Shown here: piece after piece, positions 21,410 through 31,398 of the stretch
Position numbering within the stretch: the stretch's first letter is position 1
Layout of the letters: each line of letters opens with the position of its first letter
Assembly: GCA_029856365.1 (NCBI GenBank)
Contig: JAHQWW010000001.1
Span: 90,568 to 154,567, forward strand
Source: Candidatus Hodarchaeota archaeon
GTDB taxonomy: Archaea; Asgardarchaeota; Heimdallarchaeia; Hodarchaeales; Hodarchaeaceae
Reading direction: 5' to 3'
Length of the DNA: 64,000 bases
Translations under genes and position numbers: made by a program
Notes under the pieces: generated by a model
The model's database searches: none
Seen by the model: the letters and a program-made list of their open reading frames with translations, nothing else
Told to the model about the DNA's origin: nothing

Positions 21410-21764
21410 GATTTTCAACCTCTTCTTAGCTTCCTACTTGATAAGTTTCCAAGTTAGTTAATAAACTAGATTGAAACAATTTTCAGCAGGGCAAAGGAGA
21501 CATGTCATACAACTTTATAAGATGTTAAAATTGTAATCTTACTGAGCCTTCTGAGGCTAAAATAGAAAAAAATTCATTATCTTTCTAAAAATATGATCTA
21601 AGGTTCTCAAAACTGTTTTACAGGAATATGTGCACAGAGGATTTTACTCTTCAGTCAATAATGATTTTATAATAGTTTTAGTTCTTACAAAATGCACCAA
21701 ATGTTATACATATAAAAAGTAGAAGTTACGGTCAGAGATAGCCACCTTATAGTGGTGAGAATAG

Positions 21765-22718
21765 ATGAACATCCGTTTTGGTATTCAGATTGAACCTCAA
21801 TTGGGATATGATTATAGAACCGTTGAAAAAATAGCATTAAACGCTGAAAAAGTTGGTTATGATTCGATATGGGTAAGTGATCATTTTTTTCTTGATAATA
21901 AGTCAGAGGAAAGAAATTGCATGGAAGCTTGGACCTTACTCACAGCCTTAGCCTCAAAAACGAGAACTTTGCGGCTTGGTACCCTAGTTACAAGTAACAA
22001 TTACCGATACCCCGCAGTCCTCGCAAAAATAGCTGCATGTGTAGATATTATTTCAAATGGACGATTAGAATTTGGGATTGGTGCTGGATGGAAAGAGATT
22101 GAATACAACGCTTATGGTATTCCATTTCCCTCAATTAAAGATAGAATGGATCAGCTTGAAGAATCAATCCAAATAATCAAAAAATTATGGATCGAACCTA
22201 AAGTTACCTTTGAAGGAAAGCATTATCAAATCAAGAACGCTTTTTCAGCTCCAAAACCAATCCAACAATTACCTCCTATTTTTATTGGAGGAACTGGGAA
22301 AAAAAGAATCCTTAATATGGTTGCTAAATATGCAGATTATTGTAATTTTAGCTGGCCTCGAGATCAGAGTGAAATTCCTGAATTATTGAACATTCTGAAA
22401 AATCATTGTAAAAAAATAAATAGAAATTATGATACTGTTGGAAAATCGTTTTTTGCTTTTGTTATGATTGCAGAAACAGAAGAAAAGCTGGAGAAACTTT
22501 TGAATGAGCTAGCCAAATTACAAAATATGAGTTTCGAAGAATATCGCAAAAGTCTTGGTAAAGGAGTATTCTGTGGAACTCCTGATTTAATCGAAGAAAG
22601 ATTATATGATAGAATTAATCAAGGTTTTGATTATTTTCAGATTGAGTTTCCTTATCCTCTTATCTTGGAGCAAAGTAATAAATTTGCGAAGCTAATTTTT
22701 TCCAGATTTCGAACTTGA
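21765..22718 (+). CDS. LLM-class (F420-dependent) oxidoreductase
   Basis: WVSDHF, LGTLVT, YRYPAVLAK, GRLEFGIGAGW, PPIFIGG. Confidence 0.9.
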   Translation: MNIRFGIQIEPQLGYDYRTVEKIALNAEKVGYDSIWVSDHFFLDNKSEERNCMEAWTLLTALASKTRTLRLGTLVTSNNYRYPAVLAKIAACVDIISNGRLEFGIGAGWKEIEYNAYGIPFPSIKDRMDQLEESIQIIKKLWIEPKVTFEGKHYQIKNAFSAPKPIQQLPPIFIGGTGKKRILNMVAKYADYCNFSWPRDQSEIPELLNILKNHCKKINRNYDTVGKSFFAFVMIAETEEKLEKLLNELAKLQNMSFEEYRKSLGKGVFCGTPDLIEERLYDRINQGFDYFQIEFPYPLILEQSNKFAKLIFSRFRT

Positions 22719-23086
22719 TGAGTTATTTAAGCATTTACATAACAAATGTGTATTAACCAACGACATATTGACGTATTAAATTTAAAATAAATAAAAATTA
22801 AAGAAAAATTAAAGAAATTAACAAATATAACTGTAAGAAACAGGTGAACTTGGAATCCTTAATTATTCGCGCTATCCAACTCACAAGAAATTCATAAGAT
22901 AAACAACTTATTGTTGGGATTCTTATCGAAATGAATCTGACTTAATTTTCTTAATAAACTTAGGAGGAGGTATGAAAAAATGGGAGAAATAATGGAATTA
23001 TCAAGAATAATCCAAAATTATTACATGATAGTCCTCAACCTTTCGTCTTTTATATTATCATCTATAGGAAATAACTTATTATATGA

Positions 23087-23383
23087 TTACTCCGGTAATT
23101 CTTTGGAAATAGAAACATAATCCTCCACTGGTATAGTGACTAATGTTTCCGTCCGTACTTCTCCAGATCTTGCGATTCTAAGCACAGCTTTCATCATGGT
23201 GTTATTATCAGGAAATTCTGTAATTGCTACAAAATCATATCGTCCAAATGTATAGAAAAGGTGCTTGATTTCTCCTTGATATTCTTTAACCCAATCATGA
23301 GTTGTTTTGAGTTTTTCATCTGTTTCTTTTACTTCTTCTATTCCTTTTTGTGTATAATTTCCTAAAACAATATAAATTGGCAT
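23087..23383 (-). CDS. GYD domain protein
   Basis: YIVLGNYTQKG, FYTFGRYDFV, VRTETL. Confidence 0.85.
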   Translation of the reverse strand: MPIYIVLGNYTQKGIEEVKETDEKLKTTHDWVKEYQGEIKHLFYTFGRYDFVAITEFPDNNTMMKAVLRIARSGEVRTETLVTIPVEDYVSISKELPE

Positions 23384-23624
23384 AGCTTTTCCTCCTTATG
23401 AGTTTCTTAGTTCTTTTTGAGATTTTTCTGAACTATATTGAAAGAATTTCAATCAGTACCTGTAATTTCGAGCTTTTATCTTTTTAAGTTTTATCTGTAA
23501 AACCTCTTCTCATTAAATTTACTTATTCAATAGTATTACCTAAAAAATAGTACAAATTTTCTTTCAATATAATTAATAAAGGATGCTTTATTTAGAATGA
23601 GATCTTAGGATTCAGATTGGGAGC

Positions 23625-23830
23625 CATGATACCAAATCATCATCAAGATTATCCAAAATCTTTGGTTATGCTGCAGGAAGGATTGCTGATGCTCTGAAAA
23701 GACAAGGGGGATCCTTATAGCACAACCAGAAGGATTTTTTGTTAAAGAAATAAAAGGTCAGCTAAGAGAAGGAGAATTAGAGCGTGCTGAAAGCTGGGCG
23801 AAAGATATTGTTGAGAATAAACAGAAATAT
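23625..23830 (+). pseudogene. Flavodoxin C-terminal fragment with a frameshift
   Basis: DTK...IFGYAAGRIADALKRQGG, frameshift near 23712-23720, then IAQPEGFFVKEIKGQLREGELERAESWAKDIV; N-terminal half missing. Confidence 0.7.
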
Positions 23831-24285
23831 CAAATATTACTATTATACTGTTTTTGATTGTATTGTAAAGCAGTTGTATTACTTTTGTTAATCTAACCAA
23901 CGCTATTTTTGTAATTCATATAAGAATAGATAACTCATGAAAAACCTTACATTTGCTTCATATACTTGAATAACAATGAGAGGGATTAGTAGATACAAAA
24001 AGTCAAACGTCATTTTGACTAGCTTTAGCAATGGCTAATGCATTCAATAAGTAGTCCTGAATCTGACTTTGTTTAATTCTTTGCCTCAATGTTGCATTTT
24101 TTTTGGAGAAATTCCTCCCATTCCTCAAATTTACTCTTTATACCTTCTTCTTGAAGTATTATGAACGAGTACTTACAGTACTTACAAGAAAGAAACGATT
24201 AGGTAAAAAACTCCCCCATAATATTAAACCTTCAAAGGTAAATTAGTTGGTCATTCAACTGATGAACTATCCATTGATATATTAC

Positions 24286-24440
24286 TTTTTATATAACGTT
24301 TTATATAAAAAACTAGATATACCCAACGTTAAACGACATTATACGTATCAATATACGGATATTCGGTAACTTATCCAACGTTAAAAGACATTATTCGTAT
24401 ACGTATATTTAGTAACATATCCAACGATAAAAGACATTTT
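24286..24440. repeat. 11-bp-arm inverted repeat followed by three degenerate direct repeats
   Basis: TTTTTATATAA-cgtt-TTATATAAAAA (24286-24311); CCAACGWTAAAMGACATT at 24323, 24375 and 24421. Confidence 0.75.
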
Positions 24441-24745
24441 ACGTGTGTCTTTACGTAAGTTCATTGCCATATTCAACGAATTGTTCTGAACAAAGTTATA
24501 GCTTTGTAGATGGCTTTTTACATTACTTTTCTTTTTTAATTTCAAGACAAGGAGCTTAGTTGAATATGTATTTAATGCGATGTTTATTGATGCTGCTCGG
24601 ACACGACTCTCATAAAAGGAGTGGTTACTAAAATCCATCAGATCTGTGTGCTGGAACAATCCTAGAACAAAGTATTACTGAATTATGACACCAATTCTAA
24701 TACTAGTACTCTGTAGGATTCGAAAAAAAAAACTTGGGATTTACA

Positions 24746-25213
24746 ATGAAAGGTTTAACTCATGTTTTTTTCGGTGTGGGGTTTGTTAGTCTATTGCTAG
24801 GTATCTTCAGGATTCCAATCATTATGTGGGGAGTTGGTACATTTTTAATTGCACCATTTTTTTCTCGATTACCCGATCAGGATCAAAAAATCGCACGAAT
24901 CACCTTCAATCAGATTGTACCTCACCGAGGAAAAGGGACACACAATCTTTTGTATGGGATACCTCTATTAGGGCTTATTCTAATTGTAAATTGGCCTATT
25001 ATAGGCCATCTTCTGATATTGTTTGTTGGGTCAATTTTTGGGTCACTTTTTGCTCATGCATTCATCGATGCGTTTAATTATGGCGGAGTATGGATTGGGA
25101 TTTTTCGAGTGAAAGGATTTCTTGATTGGGATTCTTTCTGGGGAAATCTTGGTTTCAAAATAGGGGGGATCATATTAATTCTATTATCTTTACTCTGTTA
25201 CATAGATATATGA
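24746..25213 (+). CDS. Membrane metal-dependent hydrolase (YdjM-like)
   Basis: TH, LPDQD, HRGKGTHN and HAFID motifs with TM helices. Confidence 0.8.
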   Translation: MKGLTHVFFGVGFVSLLLGIFRIPIIMWGVGTFLIAPFFSRLPDQDQKIARITFNQIVPHRGKGTHNLLYGIPLLGLILIVNWPIIGHLLILFVGSIFGSLFAHAFIDAFNYGGVWIGIFRVKGFLDWDSFWGNLGFKIGGIILILLSLLCYIDI

Positions 25214-25284
25214 TGAGTACGTGCAAGGGAAATGATATTTGTAACTAATAAATTAACCCAGAAAATTGAGATTGGAAAGAATTT

Positions 25285-25866
25285 TTGGGAAATCTTATGA
25301 AAAAAGAACGATTCAAAGGGTTTGTAAAACTTTCTTTAGCCCATCATCCGTTGTGTTGGCAATTCAGACCCCATACCATCCATATTGATGGGATCGTTCT
25401 TTGTTTGGGATGTACTGGATTTTACAGTGGAATATTAATTGGCACCTTAATTATTATATTTGGAAGCTTCTTTCAATTCGATTGGTTTAGTTTGGTCAGT
25501 ATTGCAACGATTTTCGCGCTTCCTACAATTTTTCGTTTACTAAAAATTCCGTTGTTTGTTTCTGCAAAAAAGAGTCTTAGATTTTTATTTCGATGGTTAC
25601 TCGGAATTGGTGTTTCTATTGGACTAATTTCTGTAATTAGGGCCCCGAATCTAGTAATTGGCTTAGTTCAATTTGTTTTGGGCTTCGGATTGTACTTAGG
25701 TATAGCATTTAATCGAATCCGATCAAAAGACATGTGGACTGAATGTCAGAATTGTTCTCACACCATGTCACTTGATTGTCCAGGGTTTGCACCCTTTTAT
25801 CCTAGAAACGAGTCGAGAGAGGAAATTAAAAATCAATATAAATTAAATGAGAATATGACAAGTTGA
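25285..25866 (+). CDS. Cys/His-rich membrane protein (DUF2085-like)
   Basis: HHPLC, LCLGCTGFYSG, 4 TM helices, C-terminal CxxC-x6-C. Confidence 0.55.
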   Translation: MGNLMKKERFKGFVKLSLAHHPLCWQFRPHTIHIDGIVLCLGCTGFYSGILIGTLIIIFGSFFQFDWFSLVSIATIFALPTIFRLLKIPLFVSAKKSLRFLFRWLLGIGVSIGLISVIRAPNLVIGLVQFVLGFGLYLGIAFNRIRSKDMWTECQNCSHTMSLDCPGFAPFYPRNESREEIKNQYKLNENMTS

Positions 25867-25885
25867 TCACCGAAGTGAAAGTAAA

Positions 25886-26596
25886 ATGGCTAAAGCACTC
25901 TATTTAGAAGATATGTTGCTAAAAGAATTTGACGCAGAAGTTGTTTCTGTAAAGGATGGGAAATATGTAGTTTTAGATCAAACTGCGTTTTATCCTAAAT
26001 CCGGTGGTATCGCAAACGATGAGGGAACTCTTACTAGAGGGTCTGATATTTTTAATGTTGTATATGTTGGTAAGTTTGGAGGAGAGATATCCCATGAGGT
26101 TGACAAAGAAGGACTTATCCCTGGTGATAAGGTGACCGGGAAATTGGATTGGGATCGACGGTATCATCTGATGAGGTATCACACAGCAGCTCACGTTTTA
26201 AGCGGCGCTTTCTATAAGAATCTAGGAGCTAAGATCACAGGAAACGATATTGCTAGCCTTGATCAAGGACGTATAGATTTTAACTTGGAACAATTCGATC
26301 GTTCATTAATCGAGGAACAGGTAGAGAATAGTAATAAAATCATCCAAGAAGATCACCCTGTAGAAGTTTATTACCTCGATCGATCAGAAGTAGAAAAGGA
26401 CCCTGATTTAATAAAGCTAGCTATGGGGATTCCTAAAGGTATTAAGACCATTAGGATTGTCGATATTAAGAATTTTGATCGTCAACCTGACGGAGGGTGC
26501 CACATTCAATCATTGAAAGAAATTGGTAAAATAAGCGTTATAAAACTCGTGAATAAGGGAAAGAACAATAGGAGACTCTACTTCACTATAGAATAA
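25886..26596 (+). CDS. alaXM: Alanyl-tRNA editing protein AlaX-M
   Basis: LDQTAFYP, HTAAH, DGGCH, NKGKNNRR. Confidence 0.9.
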   Translation: MAKALYLEDMLLKEFDAEVVSVKDGKYVVLDQTAFYPKSGGIANDEGTLTRGSDIFNVVYVGKFGGEISHEVDKEGLIPGDKVTGKLDWDRRYHLMRYHTAAHVLSGAFYKNLGAKITGNDIASLDQGRIDFNLEQFDRSLIEEQVENSNKIIQEDHPVEVYYLDRSEVEKDPDLIKLAMGIPKGIKTIRIVDIKNFDRQPDGGCHIQSLKEIGKISVIKLVNKGKNNRRLYFTIE

Positions 26597-26621
26597 AAAC
26601 TATAATCTGCTTGATGATTCA

Positions 26622-27374
26622 ATGAAAGTGTGTATTTTTGGTGATCTGCACGGAGAACCGTTAAAAATCCCAGTAGCGAATACTTACCTATTAGTAGGAG
26701 ATTTTTCAGAATATTTCGATACTAGTGATTCTATATGGAAATTTTTTGTGAAAGCGCTTTTATCACGTTCAACTAAAGAGAAAAATCAGATGTTTTCTTC
26801 GGATAAAATGGCTAAAGCTATTCATTTATCAATAGAATCATGCATTAAGACTTTATAGGTTTTTGATGATCTCGAGAAACCTGTTTATTATGTTACTGGT
26901 AATCGTGAGTTTTTTCCTGACTTTATTATAAAACAATTTAATTTTAATGTTTCTTTTTTCTTAGAAAGATCAGAGGAATTAAACAATTGTGTATGCATTG
27001 ACTTAAAAAAAATAAATCTTGGTAAAAAGAGCGTCTTTGGTATCCCCTATATTCCAACTGGATTTCATAGCGAAGACTGGAATTTGCCTGGGTTTAAAAA
27101 AATCTGGGATCACAATGCAGAAGAAACAAAAGAATTCTTGCAAAAATCTCCATTTTCAGATATTGTTCTAGCTCATAATCCTCCTCTGGGAGTTCTTGAT
27201 GCTCATCATGATAATACACATCTTGGCATTGATTTCTTAGCAGAATATGTTTTAAATAAGAAACCCGAACTGTATATCTGCGGTCATGCTCATGGTTATT
27301 ATGGAGAACAAATTTTTGGTGAAACACTAATTAAGAATTAAGGATTTAGAAATTTTGAGATTATAGAATTATAA
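26622..27374 (+). pseudogene. Metallophosphoesterase (calcineurin-like) interrupted by in-frame stop codons
   Basis: GDLH, VGD, TAG at 26856, then GNRE, AHNPP and CGHAH in the same frame; second stop TAA at 27339 followed by GFRNFEIIEL*. Confidence 0.75.
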
Positions 27375-27415
27375 TTTCGGTTATAAAAGTAAAAAAAGGA
27401 GGAAGTTTCAATCTT

Positions 27416-28153
27416 TCATTTTTTCTTAAAGGCTTCAATTATCAAAAATGAATCTCTCTCCTTGAAGGGTGAAAAATAATAATCACCATATTCATTCTTA
27501 ATTGAAAAGCCTGTTTCTTGTAACAATTCGTGGACTTTTTCTCGTGAAGTAGTAACTGCCGCTGATGGTTGTTCAATTTTCTCAATTAGTTTTCCTTGTT
27601 TGTAAGTCTTATAGACAAGCAGTACTTCTATTGTTTTATCTGGGAGAGTTTTGGTACCAATGAACCGTTGGTATTCATAATCCCCTCTTTTAATAGTATC
27701 AATAAGTGATAACGGAGAATCTTTCATACCTCCAATATAAACATCAAAGATAAGCTTCCCTTCAAGTTTTAAATGACGATTAATGTTTTGAAGTGATGCA
27801 ATTCTCTCATTAGAAGGAATATGATCAAAACTACCAGAAAGAAATGCAGCTGGGAAAGTTTCGGTCAGTTTGAAAGATTGAACGTCTCCAGCTATCAGAG
27901 TAATTTTATCAGAGAGATCAGGTTGGAGTTTAAATTTTTGAGAAAATTCATTTCTCATAGCTGGAGAAGGTTCAATACAGATAACTTTTACTCCTCTCTT
28001 TGCTAAGGGGATTGCAATTCTCCCCGTACCTGCTCCTATATCTAGGATCAGACCAGCTTCTTTCCCATACCGATAGAAAAAGTCAATGTTATCTTTGTTA
28101 TCAAATATGTCATACAAATGAGCAGCTTTTTCGTAACCTTTATTCACTACCAT
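27416..28153 (-). CDS. Class I SAM-dependent methyltransferase
   Basis: LDIGAGTGR, IEPSPAM, HLKLEGKLIFD. Confidence 0.85.
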   Translation of the reverse strand: MVVNKGYEKAAHLYDIFDNKDNIDFFYRYGKEAGLILDIGAGTGRIAIPLAKRGVKVICIEPSPAMRNEFSQKFKLQPDLSDKITLIAGDVQSFKLTETFPAAFLSGSFDHIPSNERIASLQNINRHLKLEGKLIFDVYIGGMKDSPLSLIDTIKRGDYEYQRFIGTKTLPDKTIEVLLVYKTYKQGKLIEKIEQPSAAVTTSREKVHELLQETGFSIKNEYGDYYFSPFKERDSFLIIEAFKKK

Positions 28154-28400
28154 ATTTCCTCAATTTCCTTCGATTTATATATCAGAGAAAGGACAAATAA
28201 TAATGAATTAGAAGAGAAAAATTAAATCATGCAATTGAGAATGTTTGGTTAAATATAAATTTAGATTAAGGCAATGAATTGTATTTCCGTTGACGTATTG
28301 TTCAAATAATCATCTTTATTGTTCCCTTAATAGTCTTTTTTGAAAATTTCAAACTAAAAAAAATGTAGTTCTTAAAACAAACTATTTGGTCTGCTTTATT

Positions 28401-29516
28401 ATGCTATCTAGAGAAGGTATTATCCAATTTCTCGCAAATTTGGCGACTCTCTCGGTCTTTACATACATTCCTTATTGGGGGCACCGAATTGGCCTTTCTA
28501 ATCCAGAGATTGCCCTTACTGCGTTAATCTATGGCATAATTGCATTCAGTTCCGGTATTCTTTCAGGGAGGCTATCAGATTTAGTCGGAGTTAGGAAAAT
28601 TTTTGTTATCATAGGTTCACTCTCTGCGGCAGCGGCTATTATTGGATTAATTATCCCCTATAAATTCGAATTTGTACTTTTCAGAGGCCTCAGCGGTATT
28701 GGAATGGGGATGTTTGCTCCTGCACTTGTTGCTTTGGTTTCAGACAAAGGGGATAAGATTGGTAACTTTTCAGCATACGGATCATTTGGTTGGGCTGTTG
28801 GAGTTCTTGTCAGTGGTATCATAGGCTTATTCTGTATTGAGGGAATTTTCATTTTTGCTTCTCTTTCGTTCATTGGAGCAGCATTAATAGCATTTACCCT
28901 CATCGAAGAGAAGTCAATCTCTAAAAAGTACAAAGATTCTGTTCTTGTGGTTTTTTGGGAACGGAAGGAAGTCTTTTTAACTTTGACCATAAGACACAGC
29001 TTTGCTTCAGCAATATGGGTTTTTTGGTCATTATTTCTTATAATCGAATTGGGAGCTGATACATTTTGGGTTGGAATTATACAATGCTGCAATGGTTTAA
29101 CCCAAGCCATCGTTATGAATACTCTTACTGATAAATTGAACAGTCGAAGAATGATTTCTTTGGGTTTGATTTTATCAAGCATTTCATTTATTTCTTTTAC
29201 GATCCCACAAACTTTCTGGGGAATCATTCCTCTCCAAGTCATTCTTGGCTTTTCTTGGGCTTTTCTTTATGTGGGAACGTTACGCTCTTCTATTGAACAG
29301 AGTAGTTTTGATAAATCAACAGCTGCAGGGATAATTACTAGCATATTACCTGTAGCAAGTCTCATAGGCTCATTCATTGCATTAATCATAACTGCCATTG
29401 GTGGGAGTTACATTGACATAATGCTAGTAGCAACAATTGCTACTCTCATAACTTTAAGCGGATTTCTCTTCACTGAGAGGAGGTCTCAGATCAGTGCTGA
29501 AAAGACGTTAGAATAG
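28401..29516 (+). CDS. MFS transporter
   Basis: GRLSDLVGVRK motif A, about 12 TM helices. Confidence 0.88.
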   Translation: MLSREGIIQFLANLATLSVFTYIPYWGHRIGLSNPEIALTALIYGIIAFSSGILSGRLSDLVGVRKIFVIIGSLSAAAAIIGLIIPYKFEFVLFRGLSGIGMGMFAPALVALVSDKGDKIGNFSAYGSFGWAVGVLVSGIIGLFCIEGIFIFASLSFIGAALIAFTLIEEKSISKKYKDSVLVVFWERKEVFLTLTIRHSFASAIWVFWSLFLIIELGADTFWVGIIQCCNGLTQAIVMNTLTDKLNSRRMISLGLILSSISFISFTIPQTFWGIIPLQVILGFSWAFLYVGTLRSSIEQSSFDKSTAAGIITSILPVASLIGSFIALIITAIGGSYIDIMLVATIATLITLSGFLFTERRSQISAEKTLE

Positions 29517-29517
29517 G

Positions 29518-31398
29518 TTAATTTCCTTCCTTTACAGTTGTTACGAATTCTTTTGCCTTTTCAATGTATTCAAGTGACTGATGACGGAAATATGTGTCAT
29601 ACAACTTGGCATAATGCCCCTTTAATTGTATCAATTCATCATGATTTCCTTCTTCGACGATTTTACCATGGTCCAACACTATGATGCGATCAACATGACG
29701 GACTGTCCAAAGTCGATGGGCGATGATAATACTTGTTCTCCCCTTAATTGTCTTTTCAAGAGCTTCCTGAATTCTTGTTTCGGTGAAGGGGTCGACAGAA
29801 GCCGTGGCTTCATCAAGTATAAGAATTGATGGATTTTCTAATAGTGTTCTTGCGAATACTACTAGCTGTCGCTGACCCATTGACAAGAGAGTTCCTCTTT
29901 CACGAATGTTAGTTTCCAATCCATTAGGTAAATCATCAACCCAATCAGCTCCTCCAGCCTGTTCAAGAGCCCACAGTACTTCCTCTTTCGTAGCTGATGG
30001 CTTGGAATATTTAATATTGTTCTCAAGGGTGTCAGCCCAAAGAAATGGAGTCTGGGGAATGATGCCTATATGCTTACGATAAAACTTTAGATTGAAGTTC
30101 CTGATACTGATTCCATCAATTGTTATATCTCCGTCCTGAAATTCATAAAATCGTGCTAATAACTTCGCTAAACTTGATTTACCTGCTCCTGTATGACCAA
30201 CAATTGCTAAAGATTCACCAGAGTTTATTTTTAACGAAAAATTGCTGAAAACTTTTGCTCGAGCTATTTCAGGAAGAATATCTTGTTTTCCTCGATCAAG
30301 AACATCCGCACTTACCACATAGGAAAATCCCAAGTTCATGAACTCGATTTTTCCTCTTATCTTTTCAAGAACGAGATCCTCATCTTGTAAAACTGTCGGA
30401 GGAGTATCAACTAACGCAAAAATCCGTTCTGAGGCTGCTAAACCAGCTTGAAATGAGGGCCAAAATGATGCAATGGAGAGTAATGGAAAGAAAAATAACC
30501 ATAGACTCTGTAAAAATAGATAAAAGTCACCTGCTTTGAGTTGTCCTCCTAAGGCACCTTCTCCTCCAATCCACATAATGAGAACTAAAGCAATCCCCTG
30601 CACAATGCTTAAGGCAGGAAAAACAAAATTGAAGACGTAGGCTCTTCGTAGATTAGCACGATAAGACTGCTCATTGACGCCATTAAACTTATTATACAGC
30701 TTTTGTTCTTGTCTAAATGTCTTAGCAATACTAATTCCAGAGACAGTTTCTTGAACAAAGCTATTAACAGTAGCGAGTGCTCGTTGTCCCTCTAATGTTC
30801 TTTTTCTGGCCACTTTTCTAAAAGCTAGCGCTATAATAAAAATAAAGGGTACCATGCCCAAAACCGTAATGGTTAATGGAATATTGATAGTCAACAGTAC
30901 TCCTAGGACTACAAAAACGATAAGAAAAGAAGAAATAAGCTGCATTGAGAGCTCTGCGGTCTGACCAAAATCCTGGCTATCTGTATTGATTCGAGATACA
31001 ATTTTCCCTGTTGGGTACTTATCATAGAAGGAAAGGTCATGGTTCAAGACGGCAGCATTAACATCTTGACGGAGTTTAAGGACTACATCTCCAATAACAA
31101 GTGAGGAATTTCTTTGTCTGAAATAATTAAAAATCCATCCAAATCCATTTAATGTGAAAGTAAGTAGGATTAAAAGTAACAAGTAACTCCAATCTCTGGT
31201 CGATTCTAACTCATTGATAGCTTCACGCGATAGTAAAGGGCTAAGAGAATTAACAAAAGAAGTAAGCGTTAGAAAGATAATTACCACAGACATCTGGAGT
31301 TTATGATCAACAAAATAGGAGACAATTCTACGAACGAGATCTCGATCCCTATAGATCCGATCGTACTCCTCGGAGCCCAAACCTAATCCAAATCCCAC
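29518..31398 (-). CDS. ABC exporter, fused permease/ATPase (heterodimer subunit, MdlB-like)
   Basis: TM domain; GHTGAGKS, LSMGQRQ, LDEATA, IAHR. Confidence 0.92.
   Translation of the reverse strand: MGFGLGLGSEEYDRIYRDRDLVRRIVSYFVDHKLQMSVVIIFLTLTSFVNSLSPLLSREAINELESTRDWSYLLLLILLTFTLNGFGWIFNYFRQRNSSLVIGDVVLKLRQDVNAAVLNHDLSFYDKYPTGKIVSRINTDSQDFGQTAELSMQLISSFLIVFVVLGVLLTINIPLTITVLGMVPFIFIIALAFRKVARKRTLEGQRALATVNSFVQETVSGISIAKTFRQEQKLYNKFNGVNEQSYRANLRRAYVFNFVFPALSIVQGIALVLIMWIGGEGALGGQLKAGDFYLFLQSLWLFFFPLLSIASFWPSFQAGLAASERIFALVDTPPTVLQDEDLVLEKIRGKIEFMNLGFSYVVSADVLDRGKQDILPEIARAKVFSNFSLKINSGESLAIVGHTGAGKSSLAKLLARFYEFQDGDITIDGISIRNFNLKFYRKHIGIIPQTPFLWADTLENNIKYSKPSATKEEVLWALEQAGGADWVDDLPNGLETNIRERGTLLSMGQRQLVVFARTLLENPSILILDEATASVDPFTETRIQEALEKTIKGRTSIIIAHRLWTVRHVDRIIVLDHGKIVEEGNHDELIQLKGHYAKLYDTYFRHQSLEYIEKAKEFVTTVKEGN

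Noticed and set aside
24000-24270. Possible frameshifted minus-strand gene remnant (...EEGIKSKFEEWEEFLQK / NATLRQRIKQSQIQDYLL...)
   Set aside because: Protein-like but unassignable to a family, and multiple stops prevent reconstruction
24320-24440. Possible mini CRISPR array
   Set aside because: Repeats are short and degenerate, the spacers resemble each other, and no cas genes are present
24381-24659. 92-aa minus-strand ORF
   Set aside because: Runs through the repeat array with no recognisable protein features
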